From: Malacoraja senta
Taxonomy: Eukaryota
NCBI GenBank assembly: GCA_038087875.1
Contig: JAXLNO010001347.1
Location: 1-64,000, forward strand
Length of the DNA stretch: 64,000 nt
Direction of reading: 5' to 3'
The notes beneath the pieces are model-generated. The model had not been told where the DNA came from and did no database searches. It was given only the letters and a program-made list of their open reading frames with translations. A program made the position numbers and the translations under genes. This document shows, piece after piece, positions 63,420 through 64,000 of this stretch; within the stretch, counting starts at the first letter, position 1; every line of letters starts with the position of its first letter.

Positions 63420-63830
63420 GCCCCATTTTGCCTCTTTCGTCACCATCAACCAAACACGTGGTTTAAAAGGGATCGTACCCTCCCTGTTAAGACAGTACAC
63501 AAGAAAGTTTGGAAGTACGTACCATTAAATTCAGGAACAGCTTCTTCCCTGCTGTTATTGGACTAGTGAATGATTCTCATGTAAGATAAGATGTTGCCCT
63601 GATCTTCCAACCAATCTCATTGTGATCCTTGCTACTCTTTTTGATCTGCACTTTCTCTGTAACTGTAATGCTATGATATTGTAACCCGATATTCTGCACT
63701 CTGAATATTTTACTCTTTGCACTGATCTACTTGTGGATGGCTTGATTGCACATGTGAAGTATGATCTGATTGGATAACACACAGACAAACTTTTGACTAT
63801 ATCTCAGTTCACGTGACAATAATAAACTAA
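63420..63830 (+). mobile_element. Rex1/Babar-type 3' fragment
   Basis: ttcgtcaccatcaacc...caccaaattcaggaacagcttcttccct-like 3' end and aataaacta tail. Confidence 0.6.
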
Positions 63831-64000
63831 TACCAACAGCAAATCTTTTCACTAGGGCACATTATTGACAATAATAAATAATTGACAAGTTACGAAATGA
63901 GGGCCAATTGGGGAGGGGACAAGCTTAAAATTGGCAGTATTTTCACTCCTCTTCAATAAGAAATAAAAGAGACCAGTCATTTGTTTACAAAATCTCTTTT

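Overview
Repeat-dense vertebrate genomic DNA, most likely from a cartilaginous fish (inferred from HE1/V-SINE-type SINEs, HER1/CR1-type LINEs with (TAGAAACA)n tails and abundant Penelope termini). Two spliced immune genes lie tail-to-tail. (1) On the + strand (~11.6-32.3 kb) is a type I membrane receptor that I assembled from phase-consistent GT-AG exons: leader, four Ig domains in V-C2-V-C2 order with the CD4/LAG-3-family WxC signature in D4, a TM exon and a Tyr-motif cytoplasmic tail. The tail has neither the CD4 Cx(C/H) Lck motif nor the LAG-3 (F/Y)xxL(D/E) motif. (2) On the - strand are the alpha3 (C1-set) and TM exons of an MHC class I-like gene whose 5' part lies beyond the window end. 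The rest is mobile DNA: the 5' part of a young Gypsy (CsRn1-like) LTR element with tRNA-Trp PBS and a -1 frameshift signal, a 1.09-kb inverted duplication, many CR1 copies (some nested), L1, L2, Rex1/Babar and Vingi-like fragments, a Penelope RT/GIY-YIG ORF carrying a hammerhead-ribozyme core, a THAP remnant, and an ERV env-PPT-3'LTR fragment. There is one 137-bp N gap. All calls are by eye, with no database searches, and repeat boundaries are approximate.
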